Below are positions 10,901 to 18,711 of a stretch of DNA of 64,000 bases, in pieces (the stretch's first letter is position 1; each line of letters opens with the position of its first letter). The notes beneath the pieces were generated by a model. That model was given only the letters and a program-made list of their open reading frames with translations, ran no database searches and was not told where the DNA came from. Source of the stretch: a bacterium (GTDB taxonomy: Bacteria; Krumholzibacteriota; Krumholzibacteriia; LZORAL124-64-63); contig JAAEQC010000092.1 of the NCBI GenBank assembly GCA_024231905.1, forward strand, positions 88,726 through 152,725. The letters are read 5' to 3'. A program made the position numbers and the translations under genes.

Positions 10901-13900
10901 CTGGCTCAACGACGGCCAGACGGATCGTCTTGGGCGCACGGGGCGGCTGCACATCGATTTCGGTGAGATCAGCGAGGACGGCTACTGGCCCGACGGTGAA
11001 GTCGGGAGCCCGCAGAACGAGGACGCCAACAACAACGGCAGTTTCGAGCAGAAGGATGATTACAACGAGGATACCGGCTTGGTCGGTGACGCCGAACCGG
11101 AGTGGTCCGCCGAATTCGATGAAGGCTCGAAGACCTTCAGCCGCATCAACAGCACGAGGAACAACAGGACCTGGGATCGGGAGGATGGCAACAAGAACGG
11201 GTTCTTCGATACGAAGAACGAGTATTTTACGGCCGTCATCGATCTTGGGGAAACTCCAACCGAGGTGGATGTCGTCTATGATTACACCGCCGCGAACGGC
11301 TTTTCGGGTGGAACCGTCGAACGTGCCGATGAACTCCGGAACAAAGGCAAGGCCTGGCGAAAGTACCGCATCCCGCTGAGCGATATCGTTCCCGTCGCTG
11401 CCTCGGGCGATCCGGATCTGCTCCGTATCAAGCATGTGCGCCTGTGGTTCGAGGACGAGGAACGGTCGAACGATGTCGTCCGCCTGCAGCTCTCCGAGTT
11501 GCGTTTCCTCGGCTCCCGCTGGGAGCGCAACGGCATCCGTCGCGTGGAGGACGAGCGCATCCTCGAACCGGCGGACCTGCTGCCGGATGAGGGTTTTTTC
11601 CTGGGGGAGATGAACAACAAGGAGAACCCGGAATACGTGCCGCCCTACCAGCCCAAGCGCGAACTGAACATCACCGAGAAGGAGCAGGCACTCCTCATCG
11701 ACTACACGGACCTGGCCCAGGGTCACCAGCTCGGGACCTCGCGCCAGGTCTCGGTCCAGGGTGACGACTACACGGGCTACGAGGAGTTGAGCTGGTTCTG
11801 GAACAACACCGACTTCCGGACCGCCGACCTGGATCTCTTCTTCCGCGTGGGCGCCGACACCCTCAACTACTACGAGGTCGCCTACAGTTTCGCCGACGAC
11901 AATCCCAAGACCGGCTGGAAGCAGATCACCCTGGACCTGGTCGAACTGTCCCAGGTGAAGAACGGCGAACTGGGTGAGGACGGCGCCCGCCACGCCCTGG
12001 TCGGCGATAGCCGGACCGACGACGTGTACCGCGTGCGCGTGGTCGGCCGCCCCGACCTGCGGCGCATCAAGCGCTACTACTTCATCATCGCCAACAACGA
12101 TCTCGCCCAGCCTGCCAGCGGCCGCCTCTATCTGAACGACGTGCGCCTGCTGGGGGTGAAGCGGGAGAAGGGCATGGCCGAACGCGGCGGCGTGCGCTTG
12201 AACATGGCCGATGTCTACAAGCTCGACTTCGACTGGTCCCATACGGACCAGGAGTATCACGGCCTGAACGCCGACAAGGGCAGCGGCATCGACCAGCGGC
12301 AGTGGAACCTGTCCATGAACTTCAAGGTCGAGGATTTCGTGCCGCTCCTGGGCTTCCGTCTGCCGGTAGGCCTGAGCCGCCGCCAGACCATCAAGCGACC
12401 CAAGTACGAACTGAACAGCGACATCGAGATCATCGACGACGACGTGCGCAACGAGCTGTCGACCATCGAACGCTCCGAGTCCTTCTCGGTGCGCCTCAGC
12501 CACCCGGGATCCAAGAACCCGATCCTCCGCTACGCCGTGGATCCCTGGTCCTTCAACCTCAACGGGTCGCAGAGCAATCACTCGGATCCCCTGGTGCGCA
12601 ATTTCAACAAGAGCTTACAGGGGGGCGTGAAGTACGACCTGCGGATCCAGGGTCGTTACCGCCTGAGCGCCTATCCGGTGCTGAAACACATCCCCCTGCT
12701 CAGGGCCGTGGACGTGGTGCCGGATCACTTCAGTTTCAATGCGGGCTTCACGAGCACCTACCGTTCCGGCGTGAACATCCTCACCGACGGCACCGAGTCG
12801 CCACGGGCGCCGTCCCGCACCCGGCCGCTGCAGATGGATGCGAGCCTGGACTACTCGCCCCTGAACGTACTCGACATCAACGTTTCGGGCCGTTCGGAGC
12901 GCGACCTGCTGCGGGAATCGGAACAGTTCGGCGTGAACATCGGCCAGGAGAACCGACGCACCTACGGGACACGCCTGACCATCAAACCACCCCTGGCCAA
13001 GGAACTGCCGCACAACGTGTTCTTCAAACCGGTGCGGACCGCGGCCCGGGCCCTGACGGCCCTGCGCCCGAGCGTCCAGTTCAAGGGAGGGTTCTCGGAT
13101 AACCATGGCCCCGAGGTTCGCAAGGGGGATGACCCACCGGGTACGAAGACCGTGGGCAACAACGGCCTGTGGGAGCTCCGCTTCAGCCTGCCCATAGGGG
13201 ACACGACCAAGAAGCTCTTCCCCAAGAAGCGCTACTCGGCCCAGCAGCAGGAGCAGATCCTCGCCCAGGAGGAGGCGCGCCTCAACCAGCTCAACCGCCA
13301 GGGGCTGCAGGATTCCACCGTGGTGCTCACGCCCGCGGAAACCCGGGGACTGACCCCCGACGAGATCAACGAGCTGCGCCAGGAACGTCTTCTGGAGGCG
13401 GTCGAGCGCCGGGAGCAGGCGGAGGCCGACCAGCGGAGCGGCCGGTCCCTGTCCAGCGGCGAACCGGGCTTCCCCAATCCCTTGGACATCGTGCTGGAGT
13501 CCATGCGCAACCTGACTCCGGTGAAGTTCACCTTCAGCAACAAACGTTCGTCGCGCTTCACGCGCTACACCAGCGACGTGTCCTTCTGGTACCGGACCGG
13601 ACTGGTCAAGACCCTGAACCGGGCGGACAGCCTCTACATCACCCATTCGCTCAACAGCACGAGCAGCGTGAACGTGACCACGTCGACGAAGATGCACCGC
13701 AACGTGTCGGTGGACCTGAAATTCAACCAGTCCACCGGGGAGACCGACGGCACCAACTCCACCACCACCGACTACAAGCAGGACTGGCCCGACGTCCGCA
13801 TCAACCTGTCGGGCCTCGAGCGATGGCCGGTGCTGGGGGCCAAGGAGAACCGGGACGACAGCTGGTTCAAAACCTCGTCCCTGACTTTCAGCTATCGCAA

Positions 13901-14399
13901 GAGCAAATACGCCAACGGCAGCACGGCGACCTTCTACACGCCCACGACCCAGACCAGCCTGATGCCCCGCTGGCAGGCCACCCTGCAGAACGGCATGACC
14001 GTTTCCACTTCGGTGACCATGACCGGTGACCGCCGGGTGTCTGTGGGCTCGGTGACCGAGAACAACGGCCTGAGCGTCAGTGTCCAGCTCCGCCACCAAT
14101 TCCGGGCCCAGGGCCTCCTGGCGCGCATGGGACTCTACCGCCCCGGCAACAACCCCACCGTCACCATGGACGTGGACATGTCCTATGGCCGGGATCGCAA
14201 CACGCGGACCGACCAGACCGGTGCGGAGCCCTCGGTCTCGGGCATCAACCGCATGAGCGTCAATCCGCGCTTCAGCTATAATATCACCCGGAACCTCACG
14301 GGCTCCATGCGGCTGATCTACAGCCGGAACAACAACATCCAGAGCGGCCAGACGACCACGACTCTCGGCATGGGACTGGAGGCCACCTTTGTGTTCTAG
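7956..14399 (+). CDS. giant SprA-like outer-membrane protein (candidate type IX secretion translocon)
   Basis: Uninterrupted ORF. The likely start is TTG 7956 with AAGGAG 8 nt upstream (the ORF-track start 7824 has no RBS and precedes the signal peptide by about 70 aa). Signal peptide LLLLTLLLPLLLTAAPVAA|DP. 2147 aa. The C-terminus alternates like beta-strands and ends LGMGLEATFVF (terminal Phe, as in OM barrels). Confidence 0.6.
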   Translation: MSRGRPEHGSAGNRVSRNRPCGGGGLLLLTLLLPLLLTAAPVAADPVYQGPILYGFDPVIRTTRDPRLLGVERQIMRQRLEAAGVRPTEVGRDRPGLTHTMRRLWLERARVDLERLERLVEFDGRRGTYVEIEYHRYLILFPPRETLPGGFVYYPPRRLDNPDVTIFVDELGAGIARRHAVAGREHWTTSLDLAGGGKRARDAGGLINLTIPIKLPRTLERIIGKGEKTSIRISGRERIAITGESTVTKPFLGNERIQSQSLFPSLDMEQELQVNLSGTIGEKIILEVDHNSAAIGPDATKIKLMYRGDEDDIIQTIETGDVGLTLPGGGLMNYSSSKTGLFGIKVKGQVGPADFTVLATKQKAESSSQNFNAKGGQLTSHEILSHNYFRNRFFRLTSTEEANRISMAAIDPATIFVYRLIGGGEVVGDEVRQLAVYPDSTGSFYTNDLTVTPAFRADRWAPVPINTDPASPGYSLLVDKDNFLWGVDLGSDQGDDTVLGVTYALRDGTRFGDYPGDPAPGTVFQDGAPVEGEWWRLKLLKAPASDDNRFAHALMIRQIYSLGGANIDPGSFSLRIENTDLRDDTPQYDENGVPYLQIFGLDNGDDYGLGSRDEEPDLTRDTLFDLDKGLLKFPEDFAQPFAADSTTYKNNASGTAFAWDDTSYLATNLVPDLYSLDAQVSLLPQYGKFRFVAEHASASNTLSLGSSNIEENSEVVKVDGKTLKRGEDYDIDYVFGEIVLKEGNFTLTAESQISVTYGYSPFIGGGSTSLLGGNLGYQIGRDSRLSTTWLYKSEVIVGDKAKLGEEPSKNLVGTVNLQHTMRPKFLTSVANLLSRHDTEKESSVQLQGEVAVSIPNPNTKGQVYLEDFEGIDASNVISLVRTAWTLPAFPIQDADGFVGALPQFGSTERVGTTRWYRPNDRVPRWYLNPSLESQELDEAQSVMELYLKDEAGDVWNTGSWGGISRGVSASGLDLTQAQFIEIWLNDGQTDRLGRTGRLHIDFGEISEDGYWPDGEVGSPQNEDANNNGSFEQKDDYNEDTGLVGDAEPEWSAEFDEGSKTFSRINSTRNNRTWDREDGNKNGFFDTKNEYFTAVIDLGETPTEVDVVYDYTAANGFSGGTVERADELRNKGKAWRKYRIPLSDIVPVAASGDPDLLRIKHVRLWFEDEERSNDVVRLQLSELRFLGSRWERNGIRRVEDERILEPADLLPDEGFFLGEMNNKENPEYVPPYQPKRELNITEKEQALLIDYTDLAQGHQLGTSRQVSVQGDDYTGYEELSWFWNNTDFRTADLDLFFRVGADTLNYYEVAYSFADDNPKTGWKQITLDLVELSQVKNGELGEDGARHALVGDSRTDDVYRVRVVGRPDLRRIKRYYFIIANNDLAQPASGRLYLNDVRLLGVKREKGMAERGGVRLNMADVYKLDFDWSHTDQEYHGLNADKGSGIDQRQWNLSMNFKVEDFVPLLGFRLPVGLSRRQTIKRPKYELNSDIEIIDDDVRNELSTIERSESFSVRLSHPGSKNPILRYAVDPWSFNLNGSQSNHSDPLVRNFNKSLQGGVKYDLRIQGRYRLSAYPVLKHIPLLRAVDVVPDHFSFNAGFTSTYRSGVNILTDGTESPRAPSRTRPLQMDASLDYSPLNVLDINVSGRSERDLLRESEQFGVNIGQENRRTYGTRLTIKPPLAKELPHNVFFKPVRTAARALTALRPSVQFKGGFSDNHGPEVRKGDDPPGTKTVGNNGLWELRFSLPIGDTTKKLFPKKRYSAQQQEQILAQEEARLNQLNRQGLQDSTVVLTPAETRGLTPDEINELRQERLLEAVERREQAEADQRSGRSLSSGEPGFPNPLDIVLESMRNLTPVKFTFSNKRSSRFTRYTSDVSFWYRTGLVKTLNRADSLYITHSLNSTSSVNVTTSTKMHRNVSVDLKFNQSTGETDGTNSTTTDYKQDWPDVRINLSGLERWPVLGAKENRDDSWFKTSSLTFSYRKSKYANGSTATFYTPTTQTSLMPRWQATLQNGMTVSTSVTMTGDRRVSVGSVTENNGLSVSVQLRHQFRAQGLLARMGLYRPGNNPTVTMDVDMSYGRDRNTRTDQTGAEPSVSGINRMSVNPRFSYNITRNLTGSMRLIYSRNNNIQSGQTTTTLGMGLEATFVF

Positions 14400-15324
14400 G
14401 AACGGTATCCGCGGCGCGGCCCTGGCGTTGGCACTGGCCCTGTCCGGCATGGCGATCCCGGCCGCCGCCGAGGTGCCGGATTTCGATGCCGACCGGGCCT
14501 TCGGCCTCCTGCGCGCCCAGTGCGAAATGGGCACGCGCAAGCCGGGTTCGCCTGGCCTGGAGGAACTGCGGCAGCTGATCGAGTCCACGGCCGAGGAACA
14601 CGGCCTGGCGTGCGTCCGTCTCTGCTTCACGGCCACCGACCCTCTGGGCGGGGGCGAGATCCAGGTGTGCAACATGGTGGTCAGCGCGGGCCCGTCCGGC
14701 GGCGAACGCCTGTGGCTGGGTGCCCACTACGACACCCGCCCCGTGTGCGACCGGGATCCGGATCCCGCCCGCAGGTCCGAGCCCCTGGTGGGAGCCAACG
14801 ACGGGGCCAGCGGCGTGGCGGTCTTGCTGCACCTCATGGAGATCCTGGGCCGCACGCCGCCCTCCGCGGGCGTGGATTTCATCTTCTTCGATGGAGAGGA
14901 CTCGGGTACGACGGGGGCGCCGGGCACCTATTGCCTGGGCAGCCAGCACCTGGCCCGTACCTGGCAGGACATGGGCAGCCCCCTGGCCGCGGGAGAGCCC
15001 CGGGGCCTGATCCTCCTGGACATGGTGGGGGAGAAGGATCTGCGCATCCCCATGGAACGCTACTCGTTGGCCTGGGCCGCGGCCTGGACCCGCCAGGTCT
15101 TCGATCGGGCCGGGCAACTGGGCCTGCACGCCTTCGTTCCCGTGCCGGGCCAGCCTGTCATCGACGATCACGAGCCTTTCCTGCGGGCGGGGATCCCGGC
15201 GGTGGATCTCATCGATTTCGATTTTCCCCAGTGGCATACGACGGCTGATACGCCCGAGGTGTGTGCCCCGGAGAGCCTGGACCAGGTGGGCCGGCTCCTG
15301 CTCTCGCTGATCTACGAGCCGTGA
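14389..15324 (+). CDS. M28-family zinc enzyme, glutaminyl-peptide cyclotransferase-like (exported)
   Basis: TTG 14389 overlaps the SprA-like stop by 11 nt. Signal peptide RGAALALALALSGMAIPAAA. Motifs GAHYDTRPVCDRDPDP, VGANDGASGVAVLLHLMEIL, FIFFDGEDSG, LLDMVG, DDHEPF and WHTTADT. Confidence 0.65.
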   Translation: MCSRNGIRGAALALALALSGMAIPAAAEVPDFDADRAFGLLRAQCEMGTRKPGSPGLEELRQLIESTAEEHGLACVRLCFTATDPLGGGEIQVCNMVVSAGPSGGERLWLGAHYDTRPVCDRDPDPARRSEPLVGANDGASGVAVLLHLMEILGRTPPSAGVDFIFFDGEDSGTTGAPGTYCLGSQHLARTWQDMGSPLAAGEPRGLILLDMVGEKDLRIPMERYSLAWAAAWTRQVFDRAGQLGLHAFVPVPGQPVIDDHEPFLRAGIPAVDLIDFDFPQWHTTADTPEVCAPESLDQVGRLLLSLIYEP

Positions 15325-15416
15325 AGCGCATTCCGCGCTAAATTTCCGCTGATCCGGGCCGATGAATGCCGCAGACGTATTCGTTCGTATCCCCGGAAGC
15401 TGAAAAGGAGCGGGGC

Positions 15417-16085
15417 ATGATCACCACCTGCACCGTTTGCCAGGCCCGTTACCGACTCGAAGCCGCCAAGGTCCCGCCGCGCGTCCTGCGCGTCCGTTGC
15501 CCGGACTGCGGGGGCGTCTTCGTCCTCGACGGCACGGCGCCCGTCGCGCCGGAGGAGACCCCCGTGGCCGGTCTGGAAACCGGTTACAGCGCGCCCGCCC
15601 CGGCCGCCCAGGTCGAACAGCCGGCGCCGCCGGTGAGTGCCTACGACGACGTGCCGGTGGCAACTCCGGCGACCGTCGAGCCCCCTGCGCCCGAGCCCGT
15701 CCCGGAGGACGAGCCCGCTGTCGCCGCCACCCCGCCTGCGTCCGCCCCGGTGGAAAGCCCGGTCTCCGAGGCCCCGGCTGCTGTGGTCGATACCGCCCCC
15801 GCCGCGGTGGCCACCGCCGAAGCCGAACCGGCCGCCCCGACGCGCCGCCGCCGCTCCAAGGAGGAGATGCTGGCCCGGGCTCTGGTGTCGGACATCCTGG
15901 TCTACAACCGCGAATTGCGGGATACGGCCCTGGCCGAGGGGAACCTCCTGGAGGCCCTGGGCGCCGAGATCAAGAAGTCCTGGGAATTGTACAAGGAGAA
16001 GGTTACGCCCGAAGTGGCCAACAGCACCAACCACTTCCGCGAGGCCTTGAACGAGATCCTGGCCGAAGGCGAGAAGGTCTTCTAG
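15417..16085 (+). CDS. MJ0042-type zinc-ribbon protein with Pro/Ala-rich linker and conserved-looking C-terminal helical domain
   Basis: ATG 15417 with AAGGAG upstream. CTVC...CPDC zinc ribbon in the first 35 aa. A low-complexity P/A/E linker of about 120 aa. C-terminal EEMLARALVSDILVYNRELRD... Confidence 0.6.
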   Translation: MITTCTVCQARYRLEAAKVPPRVLRVRCPDCGGVFVLDGTAPVAPEETPVAGLETGYSAPAPAAQVEQPAPPVSAYDDVPVATPATVEPPAPEPVPEDEPAVAATPPASAPVESPVSEAPAAVVDTAPAAVATAEAEPAAPTRRRRSKEEMLARALVSDILVYNRELRDTALAEGNLLEALGAEIKKSWELYKEKVTPEVANSTNHFREALNEILAEGEKVF

Positions 16086-16175
16086 GCCGGAACCGCCGGC
16101 CTGCCGGTGGACTGAAAGACGAAGCGCGGCTCCTGAGGGGCCGCGCTTCGCATTTTCGAGGGACAGGGGCGCCGG

Positions 16176-16619
16176 TCAGTCGGACCACTTGCCCTTGCTG
16201 ATCTCGCCCAGGACATCGTCGATCTGCTGCCGCACCCTCTCGTTGTGATCGGGCTCGAAGAGGGCCTGCTTCACGCGCCCCTGATCGTCCTTCTTCACGT
16301 AGCGCAGGGACTGCAGATCGGTCATGGACATGAGAATGTCCTTGCTGACCCGGACCTCGATGGGGTTGCCGTCCTGGTTCTCGGCCGGGTTGTGGTAGGG
16401 GTGCATGCCGTTGCCCCAGCCGTGGACGACCATGGAGCACAGGAGGGCCCGGAAGGTGTTCTGCCCCTGGACCGTCTCCAGGTCGAAATTGCCGCCGACC
16501 TTGCCGGTGACGCTGTCGATGACGGCCGCCAGCTTGGCGGACATCTCGTCGGTCACCTCGATCTGCAGCAGGCGCGAGAACATGGTGCGGAGGATGCGTT
16601 CGGTGTTGGAGGTCGTCAT
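16176..16619 (-). CDS. hypothetical protein (147 aa), no family recognised
   Basis: ATG 16619 (MTTSNTERILRTMFSRLLQIEV...). Balanced, globular-looking composition. Divergent from the MglA-like gene. Confidence 0.5.
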   Translation of the reverse strand: MTTSNTERILRTMFSRLLQIEVTDEMSAKLAAVIDSVTGKVGGNFDLETVQGQNTFRALLCSMVVHGWGNGMHPYHNPAENQDGNPIEVRVSKDILMSMTDLQSLRYVKKDDQGRVKQALFEPDHNERVRQQIDDVLGEISKGKWSD

Positions 16620-16849
16620 GGATCCGCTCCCGGCGGTGTCGTGGCCATGGATAGCGCCGGACGGCCTGCGCGGACCGTCGGCGGGAACATCTTCGTGAGC
16701 ACGTCCCTTATGCAAGATGCTTGCCGTTTCCACGCTTCCGTGGGAATACCGGTCCAGTTTCGCAGAGGTGGCACGCGCTTTGCAGAAATGTTCGCACAAG
16801 GCGCGGAAACGCGCAATGCGCAGTCTGGAACGGGAATCGAGGGACCACG

Positions 16850-17713
16850 GTGGCGGAAATCGCGACGACAGCGGTCAGGACTTGCCGCCTGCTCTACTAC
16901 GGAGCCACGGGCGTGGGCAAGCGTGAGAACCTCAGCCTGATCCATCGGACCATCCCGCCCGAGTCCCAGCTCAGCCTGGCCGTGGAGGATCCGGAGCGGC
17001 AGATCGCCTTCCGGTTCAACCAGCCCGAGGGCGACTCCTGGCAGGTGCTCGTGCAGGCGATCGACGCCGGGCGCGAGCGTCCGCGAGCCGCGGGCATGGT
17101 CGAAAGGCCTCCATTCGACGCCGTGGTGTTCGCCGTGGATTCCGGTGCGGCCCACCTGGACCAGAGCCTGTCGGCCTTCGAGGCCCTCAAGAACTACCTG
17201 GACAGCTGGGGCCGGGACCTCTTGGAAGTGCCCGTCGTCCTCCAGTACAACCGTCGCGCGGCGTCCGATGCCCTGCCGGTCGACCGTCTCGAGAGCCTGC
17301 TCAACCCCTGGGGACTCCTGTCCTTCCCGGCCGATTCGGCCAAGGGGGAGGGCGTACGCGAGACCCTCAAGTCCATCCTGGGATTGGCCATCAATCATCT
17401 CAAGGCCCAGCCCGAGCCCGAACCCGAACCGGCCCCTGCGGCCAAGGAAGCTTCGCCGACGCCACCGCAGCCCGCGGCGGCCCCGCCGGAGCCCGTGGTC
17501 GAGCCCGTGGAGAACATGGGTCTGGACTACGGCCCGCCGGTTCCGGGCAACGAAGTGACCGCTGCCGCGGCCGAACGTGGCGACGCTATTCTCGACGAGT
17601 TGCGGCCGCCGGTGGTCATTCCGGTGAAGATCCCGCGTCGGCTCCTGGAAGGGGACCGGCCCGTACGGATCCTGCTCGAGGCCCGCATCGTCGACGACGA
17701 CGAAGCCTACTGA
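16850..17713 (+). CDS. MglA-like small Ras-superfamily GTPase homologue with degenerate G motifs and C-terminal extension
   Basis: GTG 16850 places the P-loop at the same distance from the N-terminus as in MglA. RLLYYGATGVGKRENL, FDAVVFAVDS, VPVVLQYNRRA and GEGVRETLKSILGLAI are collinear with remembered MglA blocks. A PEPEPEPAP linker is followed by a tail of about 70 aa. Confidence 0.65.
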   Translation: MAEIATTAVRTCRLLYYGATGVGKRENLSLIHRTIPPESQLSLAVEDPERQIAFRFNQPEGDSWQVLVQAIDAGRERPRAAGMVERPPFDAVVFAVDSGAAHLDQSLSAFEALKNYLDSWGRDLLEVPVVLQYNRRAASDALPVDRLESLLNPWGLLSFPADSAKGEGVRETLKSILGLAINHLKAQPEPEPEPAPAAKEASPTPPQPAAAPPEPVVEPVENMGLDYGPPVPGNEVTAAAAERGDAILDELRPPVVIPVKIPRRLLEGDRPVRILLEARIVDDDEAY

Positions 17714-17807
17714 TCGACCGGCACGAATCGTGCCCGGGCAGCCTCTCTCCGCTCGACTTGCCCAGACCCTTGTTTACTTGCCCATGCCCTTGCGGTAGAG
17801 TTCCCCC

Positions 17808-18674
17808 ATGGAAACAGGACACCTTGCCGAGAGCAGCGAAAACCCTCATGGCTCCGCTTGGGCGGAGCTTTTTGACAGAGGGCGCCGTGCCGAACTGGAC
17901 GGTCGCCTGGACGAGGCACGGACGTCTTACGCGTCGGCCCTGGAGTCCGGTGGCGAGCGGGCCGATTGGCGGTACCGCCTGGGCTGCGTGTGCCTGAAGC
18001 AGGACGATCCCGCGGCGGCAGTGCCCTGCTTCGAGGCGGCGGCGGGCGACGAGGCTACCGCGGTCAAGGCCCTGACCAATCTCGGCGTGTGTTACGACCG
18101 TCTGGGACGCCGCACGGATGCCGTTCGAGCCTACCGGCTGGCCATCCGTCGCGGAGGGTCTGCCGTAGCCCACCACAATCTGGGCTCGATCCATGCGGAG
18201 GAGGGGCGCCCGGGAGAGGCGATTCGGTCCTTCGAGGCGGCCATTGCCCTGGAACCGGATGCGGAGGCGTTCCTCAACCTGGGTCTCGTCCACCTGGCCC
18301 GGGAGGATTTCGTCCTGGCCCGGGAAGCCTTCGACCGCAGCGTGGACCAGCAACCGCGCTTCGCCCTGGGGCACTACCACGCCGCCCTGTGCCACATGAA
18401 AACCGGGTGCTACGCCGACGCTTGCACGCGCTTCGACCGGGCCTGGGAGCTGGACCCGCGCCTGGCTCGCACGCCGTACCACCTTGGTGTGTGCTGCCAT
18501 AAGCTGCAGCGCTACGAGGAGGCGCGAGCCCAATTCGAACAGGCGCTGGAGGCCTTCCCCGAGGACGGCCGGATCCATTACCAACTCGCCCTGACCTGCG
18601 ACGCTCTGGGTCTGCACCAGGAAGCCCGTACCCACTACGGACGCGCCCGGGCCCACGACGCCGCCGGCCGCTGA
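17808..18674 (+). CDS. tetratricopeptide-repeat protein (cytoplasmic)
   Basis: Repeated approximately 34-aa TPR units (e.g. ALTNLGVCYDRLGRRTDAVRAYRLAI, AHHNLGSIHAEEGRPGEAIRSFEAAIALEP). Confidence 0.75.
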   Translation: METGHLAESSENPHGSAWAELFDRGRRAELDGRLDEARTSYASALESGGERADWRYRLGCVCLKQDDPAAAVPCFEAAAGDEATAVKALTNLGVCYDRLGRRTDAVRAYRLAIRRGGSAVAHHNLGSIHAEEGRPGEAIRSFEAAIALEPDAEAFLNLGLVHLAREDFVLAREAFDRSVDQQPRFALGHYHAALCHMKTGCYADACTRFDRAWELDPRLARTPYHLGVCCHKLQRYEEARAQFEQALEAFPEDGRIHYQLALTCDALGLHQEARTHYGRARAHDAAGR

Positions 18675-18711
18675 CCGACTCCGCACCTCTATTCCCGGGA
18701 GCCCATGACCC

